A stretch of 64,000 bases of DNA from Bacteroidaceae bacterium (GTDB taxonomy: Bacteria > Bacteroidota > Bacteroidia > Bacteroidales > Barnesiellaceae_A): positions 69,827 through 133,826 of the forward strand of contig JAFQRE010000042.1 in assembly GCA_017410245.1 (NCBI GenBank). Reading direction: 5' to 3'. Positions 35,975 through 46,457 of the stretch are shown here, piece by piece. Within the stretch, counting starts at the first letter, position 1, and every line of letters starts with the position of its first letter. The position numbers and the translations under genes were made by a program. The notes beneath the pieces are model-generated. The model saw only the letters and a program-made list of their open reading frames with translations. It was not told the origin of the DNA and made no database searches.

Positions 35975-37288
35975 ATGAGTAAAATTTCACTTATCATCGA
36001 AAATGAATATATGTCGCGCGTGAGAAAGAAATCTTTCCTTGTGATGACATTGCTCACCCCCATACTGATGGTACTGCTGTGTTGCATACCGGCATTTATC
36101 ACATTATTTGACAATGGCGAGATGCGCTACGTCACTGTTGTTGACCAAACAGGATTGTACCGCGATGTATTTGTCAATGACGATGAATATACATACAACT
36201 ATCTCAATACCGAGACAACTGCCGAGCAGATGCGAAGTGATGAGGAACCCTATGCCTATATTGTCATCAATGACAACCTGCTCAATAACCCCGATGCCAT
36301 GACCATCTATTCGCATCGTCAGGTCACTACGGGCTTTGAAAGCAATGTGACAAATCGTATGGAAGACTTTTTGCACGACCAAAAATTGGCTTCATTCGAC
36401 ATTCCCAATCTCCCTCAAATCATAGAAGAGAGCAACGTCAATATCAGCGTAAACTCAATTCGTTTCGATAAAGAAGGCGATACCCAAACTTCGGCCGGAC
36501 TTGCTACAGCTGTAGGTATGATATCGACGTTTATCATATATATGTTCCTCTTTATGTATGGCGGTATGGTGATGAATAGTGTCATGCAAGAAAAGACCAA
36601 TCGTATTGTGGAGGTAATGGTTTCTTCGGTAAAGCCTTTTTACCTGATGTTGGGTAAAATTATCAGTGTAGGGCTTGTAGGTCTTACGCAGATAGGTATA
36701 TGGGTTATACTCATAGTTGGTTTAGGCTTGGCTGCAAGCGTGGCATTGGGTATTCCTATGCTGTCGGGTAACGAGGCCGAGTTGTTGGCGCAAGCTCAAG
36801 CTATGGGGGAGGCTTCTACCATCGACCCTGATATGCTTGGTATGGTTCAGACGTTGGCAGGTATAGACTTTACACAAATACTCGTGTCGCTCATTCTCTA
36901 TTTTATAGGAGGATATGTACTATACGCATCGCTCTTTGCGGCCATTGGATCGGCTGTTGATAATGAGGCCGATACCAACCAATTTATGATACCCATTACC
37001 ATTATTATACTATTTGCTTTCTATGTAGGTCTTTTCAGTGCCGAAAATCCCGAAGGTGCCATGGCGTGGTGGTGTTCAATGATACCGTTCACTTCGCCCA
37101 TTGTTATGATGGTGCGCATACCCTTTGGTGTGGCTTTGTGGGAGCTTATTCTCTCTATAGTACTTCTCTTTGCCTCAGCAGTGGGTATGACATGGGTGGC
37201 TGCCCGTATATATCGCGTGGGTATATTGCTCTATGGCAAGAAACCCTCATATAAGGAACTCTTTAAATGGATAAAATATAAAGCATAA
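35975..37288 (+). CDS. ABC-2 family transporter permease
   Basis: Uses an internal ATG (MSKISLIIENEYMSRVRKKSF). One N-terminal TM, a large loop, then about five C-terminal TM segments. Adjacent to the ATPase. Confidence 0.7.
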   Translation: MSKISLIIENEYMSRVRKKSFLVMTLLTPILMVLLCCIPAFITLFDNGEMRYVTVVDQTGLYRDVFVNDDEYTYNYLNTETTAEQMRSDEEPYAYIVINDNLLNNPDAMTIYSHRQVTTGFESNVTNRMEDFLHDQKLASFDIPNLPQIIEESNVNISVNSIRFDKEGDTQTSAGLATAVGMISTFIIYMFLFMYGGMVMNSVMQEKTNRIVEVMVSSVKPFYLMLGKIISVGLVGLTQIGIWVILIVGLGLAASVALGIPMLSGNEAELLAQAQAMGEASTIDPDMLGMVQTLAGIDFTQILVSLILYFIGGYVLYASLFAAIGSAVDNEADTNQFMIPITIIILFAFYVGLFSAENPEGAMAWWCSMIPFTSPIVMMVRIPFGVALWELILSIVLLFASAVGMTWVAARIYRVGILLYGKKPSYKELFKWIKYKA

Positions 37289-37292
37289 AATC

Positions 37293-37670
37293 ATGAGACG
37301 GGTATATCTATTGACATTGACAGTCTTGTTGTCGTTGGTATTGCTGACGGCATGTAAGAGTACAAAGCAACTTGCTGATAACAGTTATCCGCAGTGGCTG
37401 CAAGAGAAGTTTGAAAAACTCAATGAACGCTATAGCGAAATAACGCTCTTTGAGTATGAGGGACAGCCTTATTATGCAGTTTTTGTAAAGGGACCCGAAA
37501 AGTCGTTCGATCTCAATCGTACTACCATATATGATGCCGATGGCAATGTGTATATGTCATTGGGCGGGCCTCGCAAAAGGAGTGACGAGGAGATAAATTT
37601 CTTCAACCGCTCAGTAAATAAAGGTATAATATGGCAATCGGATATTGCTAAAGAGAAAAGTAAGGAATAA
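37293..37670 (+). CDS. hypothetical lipoprotein
   Basis: Signal peptide with lipobox LLTAC. No family recognised. Confidence 0.45.
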   Translation: MRRVYLLTLTVLLSLVLLTACKSTKQLADNSYPQWLQEKFEKLNERYSEITLFEYEGQPYYAVFVKGPEKSFDLNRTTIYDADGNVYMSLGGPRKRSDEEINFFNRSVNKGIIWQSDIAKEKSKE

Positions 37671-37742
37671 AGAAATATTGCAAACCAATGATAGGGCTGT
37701 ACCGATTTTAAGGAGGTATGGCCTTTTTTTTATGCTGCATTT

Positions 37743-38873
37743 CTACTCTATCATAAACAAGTCGCTTATGATGCTATCGCTTATGAAAAGTCCTTGCCGA
37801 GTGATGCGTAGATGGCCATTGTATTGCTCCATATTGCCGCAAGCTATGTGAGGTGCAGCCATGCGGTATAGATATGCCATCATCGAAGGGGCAAATTTAT
37901 GTTTCTCTTGTTCCTCATTGATGCCTTCTCGTGTGCGTAGGCGTGTGAGCAGCATATCGTTGTATCGGTCTCTTTCCGATAGTACTTCTTCATTGTAGCA
38001 ACATTGGCCTTGCTCTATGGTCGATATATATGCTTCGGTATCGGCAGGGTTGTATCGGCGAGTATTTCGGTCGTAGCTGTGGGCGGCGGCACCCAAACCA
38101 AGATAGGGTGTATCGTTCCAGTACGATGAGTTGTGTTGTGCCGTAAAGTGGGGTAGGGCAAAGTTGGATATCTCGTATTGCCTATAACCGGTTGCTGCAA
38201 GACGGTCGATGAGCATATCGTACATGGCCAATGATAGCTCGTCGCTACACTCTTCTACCAAGCCTCGTTCTTTGAGGCGCATCAGAGCTGTTCCCTCTTC
38301 ATAAATAAGGGCATAGGCCGATATGTGTTGAATACCCAATGAGGTGGCTATATCGATGTTTTGTTGCCACTTATCAAGTGTCTGAGCCGGTAATCCATAA
38401 ATAAGGTCGATACTTATATTGTCAAATCCTACAGCTTGGCAACGAGCAATGGCATTGCGTGCCGCTTGAGCCGTATGGCGACGACATAGAAAACGCAGGT
38501 CGTTGTCATCAAAGCTCTGTATGCCCATACTAATGCGGTTGATGGGCAATGTGCGTAGCATGGTTATGTACTCATCAGAGAGATCGTCCGGATTACATTC
38601 CAATGTCACTTCATTGCACCTTGAAATATCAATGTGCCGGGCAAGATGCGTAAATAGTGTTGAGAGTAACTCTCCCGATAGTTGCGATGGAGTACCTCCT
38701 CCTATATATATTGTATGTATAGGCTCACTCTTTAACTCAGATATGCGCATATCAGCTTCGGTACATAACGCATTGATATATCGTTTTTGCAACGACATAT
38801 CGGTGCCCGAGTGGAAGTCGCAGTATATGCAACGAGTGCGACAAAAAGGAATATGTAAGTACAATCCTGCCAT
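37743..38873 (-). CDS. hemW: radical SAM HemN-like protein (HemW-type heme chaperone)
   Basis: N-terminus LYLHIPFCRTRCIYCDF has the CxxxCxxC motif. About 376 aa, typical of HemW. Confidence 0.75.
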   Translation of the reverse strand: MAGLYLHIPFCRTRCIYCDFHSGTDMSLQKRYINALCTEADMRISELKSEPIHTIYIGGGTPSQLSGELLSTLFTHLARHIDISRCNEVTLECNPDDLSDEYITMLRTLPINRISMGIQSFDDNDLRFLCRRHTAQAARNAIARCQAVGFDNISIDLIYGLPAQTLDKWQQNIDIATSLGIQHISAYALIYEEGTALMRLKERGLVEECSDELSLAMYDMLIDRLAATGYRQYEISNFALPHFTAQHNSSYWNDTPYLGLGAAAHSYDRNTRRYNPADTEAYISTIEQGQCCYNEEVLSERDRYNDMLLTRLRTREGINEEQEKHKFAPSMMAYLYRMAAPHIACGNMEQYNGHLRITRQGLFISDSIISDLFMIE

Positions 38874-39148
38874 CGTGCAGCGAAATTAGTATAAATTGTG
38901 TAGATGTGCAAGTAGGAGAGTTGCTTGCATGAAATTAGTGTTAATATGGTTCTCTTGGTTATGTTATTAAATATTATAGTGTTAAATGAAAAAAATATTG
39001 AACGAAAGTAGCGAAAAACAATAAAGATTGAAAAAATATGCTGTCAAACTTGCATTTTAACAATAAAATTTATAAATTGCGTCCGCTTTTTCCAATAGGA
39101 TTGTAAGCAGAAATAAAACCAGTCTTAATAACCTTAAAAAATAATATT

Positions 39149-41305
39149 ATGAAGGTCTACAATTCGCGAGAAATTAAAAACATTGCCCTTTTGGGAAGTA
39201 AAGGCGCCGGAAAGACCACACTCGCCGAAGCAATGCTTTACGAGTGTGGTGTGATAAAACGTAGAGGAAGCATCGAAGCGGGTAACACAGTAACCGACTA
39301 TTTCCCCGTAGAGAAAGAATATGGATACTCGGTATTTCCCACTGTATTTTATGCCGAATTCCTCAATAAAAAGCTCAACGTAATAGATTGTCCGGGAGCC
39401 GATGACTTTGTAGGAGGTGCAATTACAGCATTGAGTATTACCGACACTGGTGTTATCGTTGTCGATTCACAATATGGTGTTGAGGTAGGTACTCAAAATA
39501 TATTCCGTACAGCCGAGAAGTTGAAAAAGCCCATTCTTTTTGCCATGAACCAACTCGATGGTGAGAAGGCCGACTATGATAACTCTCTCGAGCAATTGCG
39601 CGAGGCATTTGGTAACAAAGTTGTTCAAGTACAATATCCCCTCTCTTGCGGTGCATCGTTCAATGCTATGATCGACGTATTGCTCATGAAGATGTATAGC
39701 TGGGGTCCCGAAGGTGGTGTGCCTACAATCAGCGATATTCCTGAGAGCGAAATGCCTAAGGCATTGGAATTGAACCAAGCCCTTGTTGAAGCTGCCGCAG
39801 AGAATGACGAGACATTGATGGAGAAATTCTTTGAGCAAGGTTCTCTCACAGAGGACGAGATGCGTGAAGGTATCCGTAAAGGTCTTATTACGCGTAGCTT
39901 GTACCCCGTATTCTGTGTGAGCGCATTGCGTGACATGGGTGTGCGTCGTATGATGGAGTTCTTGGGTAATGTTGTACCTTTTGTTGATGATATGCCTCTC
40001 CCCGTAACTACAGCTGCCGACGAAGTTGCCCCCGATCCCAATGGTCCCGTTAGCTTGTATGTATTCAAGACTACTGTTGAGCCTCATATTGGTGAGGTTT
40101 ACTACTTCAAGGTAATGTCGGGTACTCTTAAAGAGGGTGATGACTTGCAAAATATGAACCGCGGTAGCCGCGAGCGTATGGCGCAATTGTTCTGTGTAAG
40201 CGGACAAATACGTACTAAAGTTGATCAATTGGTAGCAGGTGATATAGGTGCAAGCGTAAAACTCAAAGACGTGCGTACCGGTAATACCCTCAATGAAAAA
40301 GGCTGCGAATATGTATATGACCTCGTACAATATCCTGCTCCCAAATATCAACGTGCTGTTCGTCCTGTTAATGAGGCTGATGCTGAGAAATTGAGCGAAA
40401 TTCTTACTCGCATGCACGAAGAAGATCCCACTTGGGAGGTTGTTCAATCTAAAGAGTTGAAGCAAACTATCGTTTCGGGCCAAGGTGAGTTCCACTTGCG
40501 CACTCTCAAATGGCGTATCGAAAACAATGATAAATTGGCTATTGAGTATGCCGAGCCTCGCATTCCTTATCGCGAAACTATCACTAAGGCTGCTCGTGCC
40601 GACTATCGTCACAAAAAACAATCGGGTGGTGCCGGACAATTTGGCGAGGTACACCTTATCGTTGAGCCTTACTACGAAGGTATGCCCGCTCCCGATGTAT
40701 ATCGTTTTGGCAACCAAGAGTATCGCATGAGTGTACGTGACACACAAACTATCGATCTCGATTGGGGTGGTAAGTTGGTTGTTGTCAATAGTATTGTCGG
40801 TGGTGCCATCGATGCACGTTTCATTCCTGCTATCGTGAAGGGTTTGATGGATCGCATGGAACAAGGTCCTCTCACCGGTTCGTATGCTCGCGACGTGCGT
40901 GTATGTATCTATGACGGTAAGATGCACCCCGTAGATTCAAACGAAATTTCATTCCGTTTGGCTGCCCGTAATGCGTTCAGCGAGGCATTCAAATCGGCAG
41001 GCCCCAAAATTCTTGAGCCGGTATATGATGTTGAAGTGCTCGTTCCCAGCGACAAGATGGGCGATGTAATGAGTGACTTGCAAGGTCGCCGTGCCATCAT
41101 TATGGGTATGACCAGTGAAAAAGGATTTGAGAAACTCTCTGCCAAAGTGCCTTTGAAAGAGATGGCTTCTTACTCAACAGCTCTCAGCTCATTGACCGGT
41201 GGTCGTTCTTCGTTCACTATGAAGTTTGCTTCATACGAACTTGTACCCGGTGATGTTCAAGATAAGCTCCTCAAAGCTTACGAGGCAGAAGAGAAAGAAG
41301 AATAA
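39149..41305 (+). CDS. elongation factor G family GTPase (EF-G paralog)
   Basis: G1 GSKGAGKTT, G3 DCPG, G4-like NQLD. 718 aa with EF-G domain order. Confidence 0.8.
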   Translation: MKVYNSREIKNIALLGSKGAGKTTLAEAMLYECGVIKRRGSIEAGNTVTDYFPVEKEYGYSVFPTVFYAEFLNKKLNVIDCPGADDFVGGAITALSITDTGVIVVDSQYGVEVGTQNIFRTAEKLKKPILFAMNQLDGEKADYDNSLEQLREAFGNKVVQVQYPLSCGASFNAMIDVLLMKMYSWGPEGGVPTISDIPESEMPKALELNQALVEAAAENDETLMEKFFEQGSLTEDEMREGIRKGLITRSLYPVFCVSALRDMGVRRMMEFLGNVVPFVDDMPLPVTTAADEVAPDPNGPVSLYVFKTTVEPHIGEVYYFKVMSGTLKEGDDLQNMNRGSRERMAQLFCVSGQIRTKVDQLVAGDIGASVKLKDVRTGNTLNEKGCEYVYDLVQYPAPKYQRAVRPVNEADAEKLSEILTRMHEEDPTWEVVQSKELKQTIVSGQGEFHLRTLKWRIENNDKLAIEYAEPRIPYRETITKAARADYRHKKQSGGAGQFGEVHLIVEPYYEGMPAPDVYRFGNQEYRMSVRDTQTIDLDWGGKLVVVNSIVGGAIDARFIPAIVKGLMDRMEQGPLTGSYARDVRVCIYDGKMHPVDSNEISFRLAARNAFSEAFKSAGPKILEPVYDVEVLVPSDKMGDVMSDLQGRRAIIMGMTSEKGFEKLSAKVPLKEMASYSTALSSLTGGRSSFTMKFASYELVPGDVQDKLLKAYEAEEKEE

Positions 41306-41401
41306 TAGCCAATATATAGTATTGCCAACATTATATCACAACAGTGGTGTAATGTTGGTTTTTTTATAATATAAATGAAACCTATATAACAAGAATAATT
41401 T

Positions 41402-42232
41402 ATGAGAAATTCGTGGAAAGTTTGGTGCGTTTTTTCTTTGTTGGTAGTAGCATTGAGCAGTTGTGATAGAAAACTGCCCGATTTTGATGGTATAAGAGAG
41501 CATGGAAGTACGGGCAACCTATCGGTAACTGTCAATGGTGTTACCTTCAATATGATACATGTTTCGGGCGGGTCGTTCGATATGGGCGTTACTCCCGAGC
41601 AGAATGATGATGATATGCTTAATGCCGATATTGCACCTGTGCATGAGGTGTTTTTGAATGACTATTATATAGGCGAAACAGAAGTGACACAAGCGTTGTG
41701 GGTAGCTGTGATGGGTGAGAATCCCTCTGTTTACAAGTACTATAGCTATAGTGATAATATGCCGGTTGAAAATGTTTCGTGGGACGATTGTCAAGAATTT
41801 CTTCGCCGTCTTAGTGAATTATTGGGCGCGGAATTTACACTTCCTACCGAGGCTCAATGGGAGTATGCTGCTCGCGGAGGACAACAGTCTAATGGTTACA
41901 AATATAGTGGAAGCAACAATGTAGATGATGTTGCATGGATTTGGACCAATTGCAGTGTCAGGCTCCATGAGGTTGCTACTAAGTCGCCCAACGAATTGGG
42001 TATATATGACATGAGTGGTAATGTCAGTGAATGGTGTCAAGATTGGTATGACGAGAATTATTATAATAACTCTCCTTTGAACGATCCTCAAGGTCCTTCG
42101 GAGGGAGATAGCCGTATCCTTCGTGGTGGCAATTGGCACAATTATGAGTGGTATGCTCGCACCTCACATCGCATGTGCCTAAATCCATTTAATACTGAAG
42201 ATGATAATGGATTGCGCATAGTTTTGGAGTGA
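41402..42232 (+). CDS. formylglycine-generating enzyme (SUMF1/FGE-sulfatase) family lipoprotein
   Basis: Signal with lipobox ALSSC. Motifs PVENVSWDDCQEFL, TEAQWEYAARGG, GNVSEWCQDWY and RGGNW. Confidence 0.8.
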   Translation: MRNSWKVWCVFSLLVVALSSCDRKLPDFDGIREHGSTGNLSVTVNGVTFNMIHVSGGSFDMGVTPEQNDDDMLNADIAPVHEVFLNDYYIGETEVTQALWVAVMGENPSVYKYYSYSDNMPVENVSWDDCQEFLRRLSELLGAEFTLPTEAQWEYAARGGQQSNGYKYSGSNNVDDVAWIWTNCSVRLHEVATKSPNELGIYDMSGNVSEWCQDWYDENYYNNSPLNDPQGPSEGDSRILRGGNWHNYEWYARTSHRMCLNPFNTEDDNGLRIVLE

Positions 42233-42591
42233 TATTTGCGACCTTTAGTTGTTTTAAAAAAATTGCCTGATGCACATATCGGGCAATTTTTTTTATATGA
42301 TTATATAGGTTTCTTTTCTTATATCCTGGTAAATGCAATAATAGTGCTATAATGTGACAAAGTTGCAATATTGTTATTTTTACTTTTTTGGTTAAAAATG
42401 TAAAAATCGACAGAAATTGCGCTTGGTAGGATTTTGTAATAAACATTTATTTGTTAATTTTGCAGTGAATTGTTAAAGCAAATGACTCGTTACTCATTAT
42501 GATAATTAAACCTAACTACTAAATAGTTTGTTTATTTCATAAAAAACAGCAAGTTGCAAAACATATAATAACAAAGAGTGTACGCTAAGAT

Positions 42592-44136
42592 ATGAAACGA
42601 TCGACAATATGGTTTCTTGCAATCACGATGGCAGTAACTTTTGCCAGCTTGCTCTTTACGCAGTTTATGTATTTGGAGAATATGATAAAGATGCGTAAAG
42701 AACAGTTTAAGGAGGCTGTTCAGCGTAGCTTGTACACTGTTTCTACCATGCTCGAGGAGGACGAGGCCCAGCAATTCCTTACAGAGGCATTGGAGGAGGA
42801 TATGCTCTCGTACCAAAGCCACGATATAAACAAGCATGCCGGTCAGCAGCAACTTACTATTACAGCACCCGATGGCTCTGTTACAACATTTACATTCAAT
42901 CCATTGCAGGGACAAATGGGTGGCTCGAAAATCATGCCCTCGTTGAAAGGTCACACGCATGTGCCCGCTCCGATGATGAAGGCTTATAAAAATATGCAAG
43001 AGTTGTTGCGCAGTCAATATCTGTATCATCGCGGACTATTAGATGATGTTATCATCGATATATTGGGTCAGGCAAGTTCTAAACCTATACTTGAGCGTAT
43101 AGATACTCGCAAATTGGGTTATTATCTCAAGACCGAGTTGGAGAATAATGGCTTAAATCTGCCTTTTGAATATGCAGTAATAGATAACAAAGGCAAGGTT
43201 GTGTATGATAGTCCGGAGTATAATCCGGCAGTCTCGGGCAATCTGCTGTTCTCGCAAATTGTGTTCCCTAATGACCCTCCCGGCCGTCGCAATACACTCA
43301 GGGTATATTTCCCTACGCAGAATGACTATCTTTTCGACTCTATACGATTTATCATTCCGTCGTTTATTTTTACGTTCATTTTGTTGGTGACATTTACATT
43401 CACTATTATCGTGATATTCCGTCAAAAGAAACTGACCGATATGAAAAATGACTTTATCAACAACATGACTCACGAGTTTAAGACACCTATATCTACCATA
43501 TCATTGGCAGCTCAGATGCTCAACGATCCTGTCATGGTGAAGAGTCCGGCCATGTTTAACCACATATCGGGTGTTATCAATGACGAGACAAAACGTCTGC
43601 GCCTACAAGTGGAGAAAGTATTGCAGATGTCGATGTTTGACCGTCGTAAGACACAGATGAAGTTGCACAATGTAGATGTAAACGACTTGATAGCCGGTGT
43701 AATGAGTACCTTCAAAATAAAAGTAGAGAAATTTGGAGGCTCTATAGAGGCCGATTTACCGGCCGAGGATATGATTGTCGCTGTTGATGAGATGCATTTT
43801 ACCAATGTCATTTTCAATCTGCTCGACAATGCAGTGAAGTATCGACGTGAAGATGTGCCTTTGTCGCTGTTGATTTCTACTCGTATCATCTCGGACGATA
43901 AGGTAGAGATTGCCATCAAAGACAATGGTATAGGAATAAAAAAAGACGATTTAAAGAAAATATTCGATAAGTTCTATCGCGTTTCGACAGGCAATCGCCA
44001 CGATGTCAAAGGCTTCGGTTTGGGTCTTGCCTATGTGCATAAGATTATCAAAGACCACAAGGGCGACATTCGTGTCGAAAGCGAATTGAACGAAGGTTCG
44101 ACATTTATAATAACATTACCATTAATTAAAGAATAA
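42592..44136 (+). CDS. sensor histidine kinase
   Basis: Two TM segments, H-box HEFKTPISTI, N/G boxes NLLDNAVKY and DNGIGI...GFGLGL. Confidence 0.85.
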   Translation: MKRSTIWFLAITMAVTFASLLFTQFMYLENMIKMRKEQFKEAVQRSLYTVSTMLEEDEAQQFLTEALEEDMLSYQSHDINKHAGQQQLTITAPDGSVTTFTFNPLQGQMGGSKIMPSLKGHTHVPAPMMKAYKNMQELLRSQYLYHRGLLDDVIIDILGQASSKPILERIDTRKLGYYLKTELENNGLNLPFEYAVIDNKGKVVYDSPEYNPAVSGNLLFSQIVFPNDPPGRRNTLRVYFPTQNDYLFDSIRFIIPSFIFTFILLVTFTFTIIVIFRQKKLTDMKNDFINNMTHEFKTPISTISLAAQMLNDPVMVKSPAMFNHISGVINDETKRLRLQVEKVLQMSMFDRRKTQMKLHNVDVNDLIAGVMSTFKIKVEKFGGSIEADLPAEDMIVAVDEMHFTNVIFNLLDNAVKYRREDVPLSLLISTRIISDDKVEIAIKDNGIGIKKDDLKKIFDKFYRVSTGNRHDVKGFGLGLAYVHKIIKDHKGDIRVESELNEGSTFIITLPLIKE

Positions 44137-44140
44137 AACT

Positions 44141-44851
44141 ATGGACGAAAAATTGCGTATTTTGCTTTGCGAAGATGACGAAAACCTGGGTATGTTGCTT
44201 CGTGAATATTTGCAAGCCAAAGATTATGATGCCGACTTGTGCTCTGATGGTGAGGCTGGTTACAAAGCATTTTTGAAAGGGAAATATGACCTTTGTGTAC
44301 TCGATGTGATGATGCCCAAGAAAGATGGTTTCACATTGGCTCAAGAAATACGAGCTATGAATAACGATGTACCCATCATTTTCCTTACCGCCAAGTCGCT
44401 CAAGGAAGATATTCTTGAAGGTTTTAAGATTGGTGCCGATGATTATATCACCAAGCCTTTCTCTATGGAGGAACTTGTATTCCGTATCGAAGCTATTTTG
44501 CGTCGTGTGAAGGGCAAGAAGGGTAAAGATGTGACATTCTATCGCATTGGTCAGTTTGCATTCGATACTCAAAAACAAGTGCTCACTATCGGCGATAAAG
44601 TTACCAAACTTACTACCAAAGAGTCGGAACTTTTGAGCCTGCTTTGCGCTCACGTAAACGAAATTCTCGAGCGTAACTATGCGCTCAAGACTATATGGAT
44701 TGATGATAACTACTTCAACGCACGTAGTATGGACGTTTACATCACCAAGTTGCGTAAGCACCTGAAAGACGATCCTGCTATTGAGATTATCAACATCCAC
44801 GGTAAAGGTTATAAACTTATCTCGCCCGAGTCTGTCGAGGCTAAGGCATAA
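44141..44851 (+). CDS. OmpR-family response regulator
   Basis: Receiver domain (LLCEDDENL, phospho-acceptor region LCVLDVMMPKKDG) plus a winged-helix output domain (LTTKESELLSLL). Confidence 0.9.
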   Translation: MDEKLRILLCEDDENLGMLLREYLQAKDYDADLCSDGEAGYKAFLKGKYDLCVLDVMMPKKDGFTLAQEIRAMNNDVPIIFLTAKSLKEDILEGFKIGADDYITKPFSMEELVFRIEAILRRVKGKKGKDVTFYRIGQFAFDTQKQVLTIGDKVTKLTTKESELLSLLCAHVNEILERNYALKTIWIDDNYFNARSMDVYITKLRKHLKDDPAIEIINIHGKGYKLISPESVEAKA

Positions 44852-44930
44852 TAGATAAGTATAGAATTGATATGAATGAGGGTGTCTGACGAAATCTCGC
44901 CGGACACCCTCTTGTCGCTCTACATAACTT

Positions 44931-46379
44931 ATGACATTATCTTACATACGTGTATTGATGACCTTATTGAGTCTTCTCTTGTGCATATCAATGTATGCCT
45001 CCGACACTCCATACCGGCATTTGTTGTCGGGGAGTGGTATGCAGCATGCCTCGGTGGGTGTGCACATTGTTGATGTTGATACACGAGAGGTAGTGCTTTC
45101 GTATGATGCCGATAGAGCCTATACACCCGCTTCGTTGATGAAGGTTGTTACCGCTGTGACGGCCATGAAGTGCTATGACGATGCTGCATGCTGGCCTACA
45201 CCGGTAGGTTACAATGGTGTGATAACCGATACCATCTTGCATGGAGATGTCATTGTAAAGGGAAATATAGACCCCTCATTGGGCAATGCAACCTCGCAAC
45301 AAAGCCCCCATGCCTTTATAGACTCTGTAGTAGATGCTATAAAGCAATTGGGCGTACGTTGCATAACCGGTCGTGTTATAGTAGATGCTTCGGTAGCGCC
45401 TCTTGCCGGTTGGAACAGCTGGTTGGTTGAGGATTTGGGGTTTTATTATGGAGCTGTTTGTTTCGGAGCCAATTATCGAGGGAATGAGTATAGGCTATAT
45501 ATGCGCACTGCCGGAGAGGGATCACGTCCGCAAGTCATAGGCGCATCTATGCAATTGCCCGATATGCAATATCACAACCACATGACGGTAGGGGTAGAGG
45601 ATTTGTCGGAAGTATATATTATGCCTTATATGCCTCATACCTTGCTCATGGGTACTCTGCCGGCTCATCGCGACACATTCGCCTTGAAGTGTGCCATGCC
45701 CGATGCGCCGCTTACTATGGCTCAACATCTGCGACAAGCGTTGTTGTCGGCCGGTGTAGAGGTTTGTGGTGAAGCTACTACCGATTATATATTGACCGAA
45801 AGTGGCTGCGCTGTGCCGCGTAGTACGCATGTGTTTTATACGCACACCTCCGACTGTATGGCCGATATGTTGCGTGTAATGTTGCACAAGAGCAACAATC
45901 TATATGCCGAGTCGCTACTGAGATATGTTGCACTGAGTACCGATAGTATAGCCACTCTATCTACAGCCCTGCAAACCGAGCGTAAACTCTTGTGTGACAT
46001 GGGACTCGATACGTTGGCTCTGAAAAAGACCGATGGTAGTGGTCTCTCTCGAAAGAATGCTGTTACTCCGCAGTTTCTGTCATCATTGCTTGTTGCTGCA
46101 TATCACGATGATGAGTTGGGGGATCGCTTTGTTTCGTTATTGCCACAAGTGGGTAAAGAAGGTACGGTGCGTTCGTTGTTTACGCGCAATCGCCTGCCCG
46201 GTATATTGCGCCTCAAGAGTGGGACAATGGAAGGGGTGTTATGTTATGCCGGATACTATCAAGAGGGAAAACGCACATATGCGGTAGTGTTGATGAGCAA
46301 TCATCACACCTGCAAAAACTCGACTTTGCGTCGTAGCACTGAGCAATTTTTGTATCAAATACTGCCCGCTTTGCGATAA
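44931..46379 (+). CDS. dacB: D-alanyl-D-alanine carboxypeptidase/endopeptidase (PBP4, S13 family)
   Basis: SxxK motif PASLMKV. The size and the KSGTMEGV (KTG-like) box fit PBP4. The signal peptide suggests a start at 44958. Confidence 0.75.
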   Translation: MTLSYIRVLMTLLSLLLCISMYASDTPYRHLLSGSGMQHASVGVHIVDVDTREVVLSYDADRAYTPASLMKVVTAVTAMKCYDDAACWPTPVGYNGVITDTILHGDVIVKGNIDPSLGNATSQQSPHAFIDSVVDAIKQLGVRCITGRVIVDASVAPLAGWNSWLVEDLGFYYGAVCFGANYRGNEYRLYMRTAGEGSRPQVIGASMQLPDMQYHNHMTVGVEDLSEVYIMPYMPHTLLMGTLPAHRDTFALKCAMPDAPLTMAQHLRQALLSAGVEVCGEATTDYILTESGCAVPRSTHVFYTHTSDCMADMLRVMLHKSNNLYAESLLRYVALSTDSIATLSTALQTERKLLCDMGLDTLALKKTDGSGLSRKNAVTPQFLSSLLVAAYHDDELGDRFVSLLPQVGKEGTVRSLFTRNRLPGILRLKSGTMEGVLCYAGYYQEGKRTYAVVLMSNHHTCKNSTLRRSTEQFLYQILPALR

Positions 46380-46457
46380 ATGGATAAGAATCTAAAATTT
46401 TTGGCACTTTAATAGATATGAGTGAGGTAAATATAGCTAAATTTGCAATATAAAAAC

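Noticed and set aside
39467-40927. 486-aa minus-strand ORF
   Set aside because: It is entirely antisense to the EF-G-family gene, which has clear G1/G3 motifs. It has no motifs of its own and an odd composition. It is a shadow ORF.
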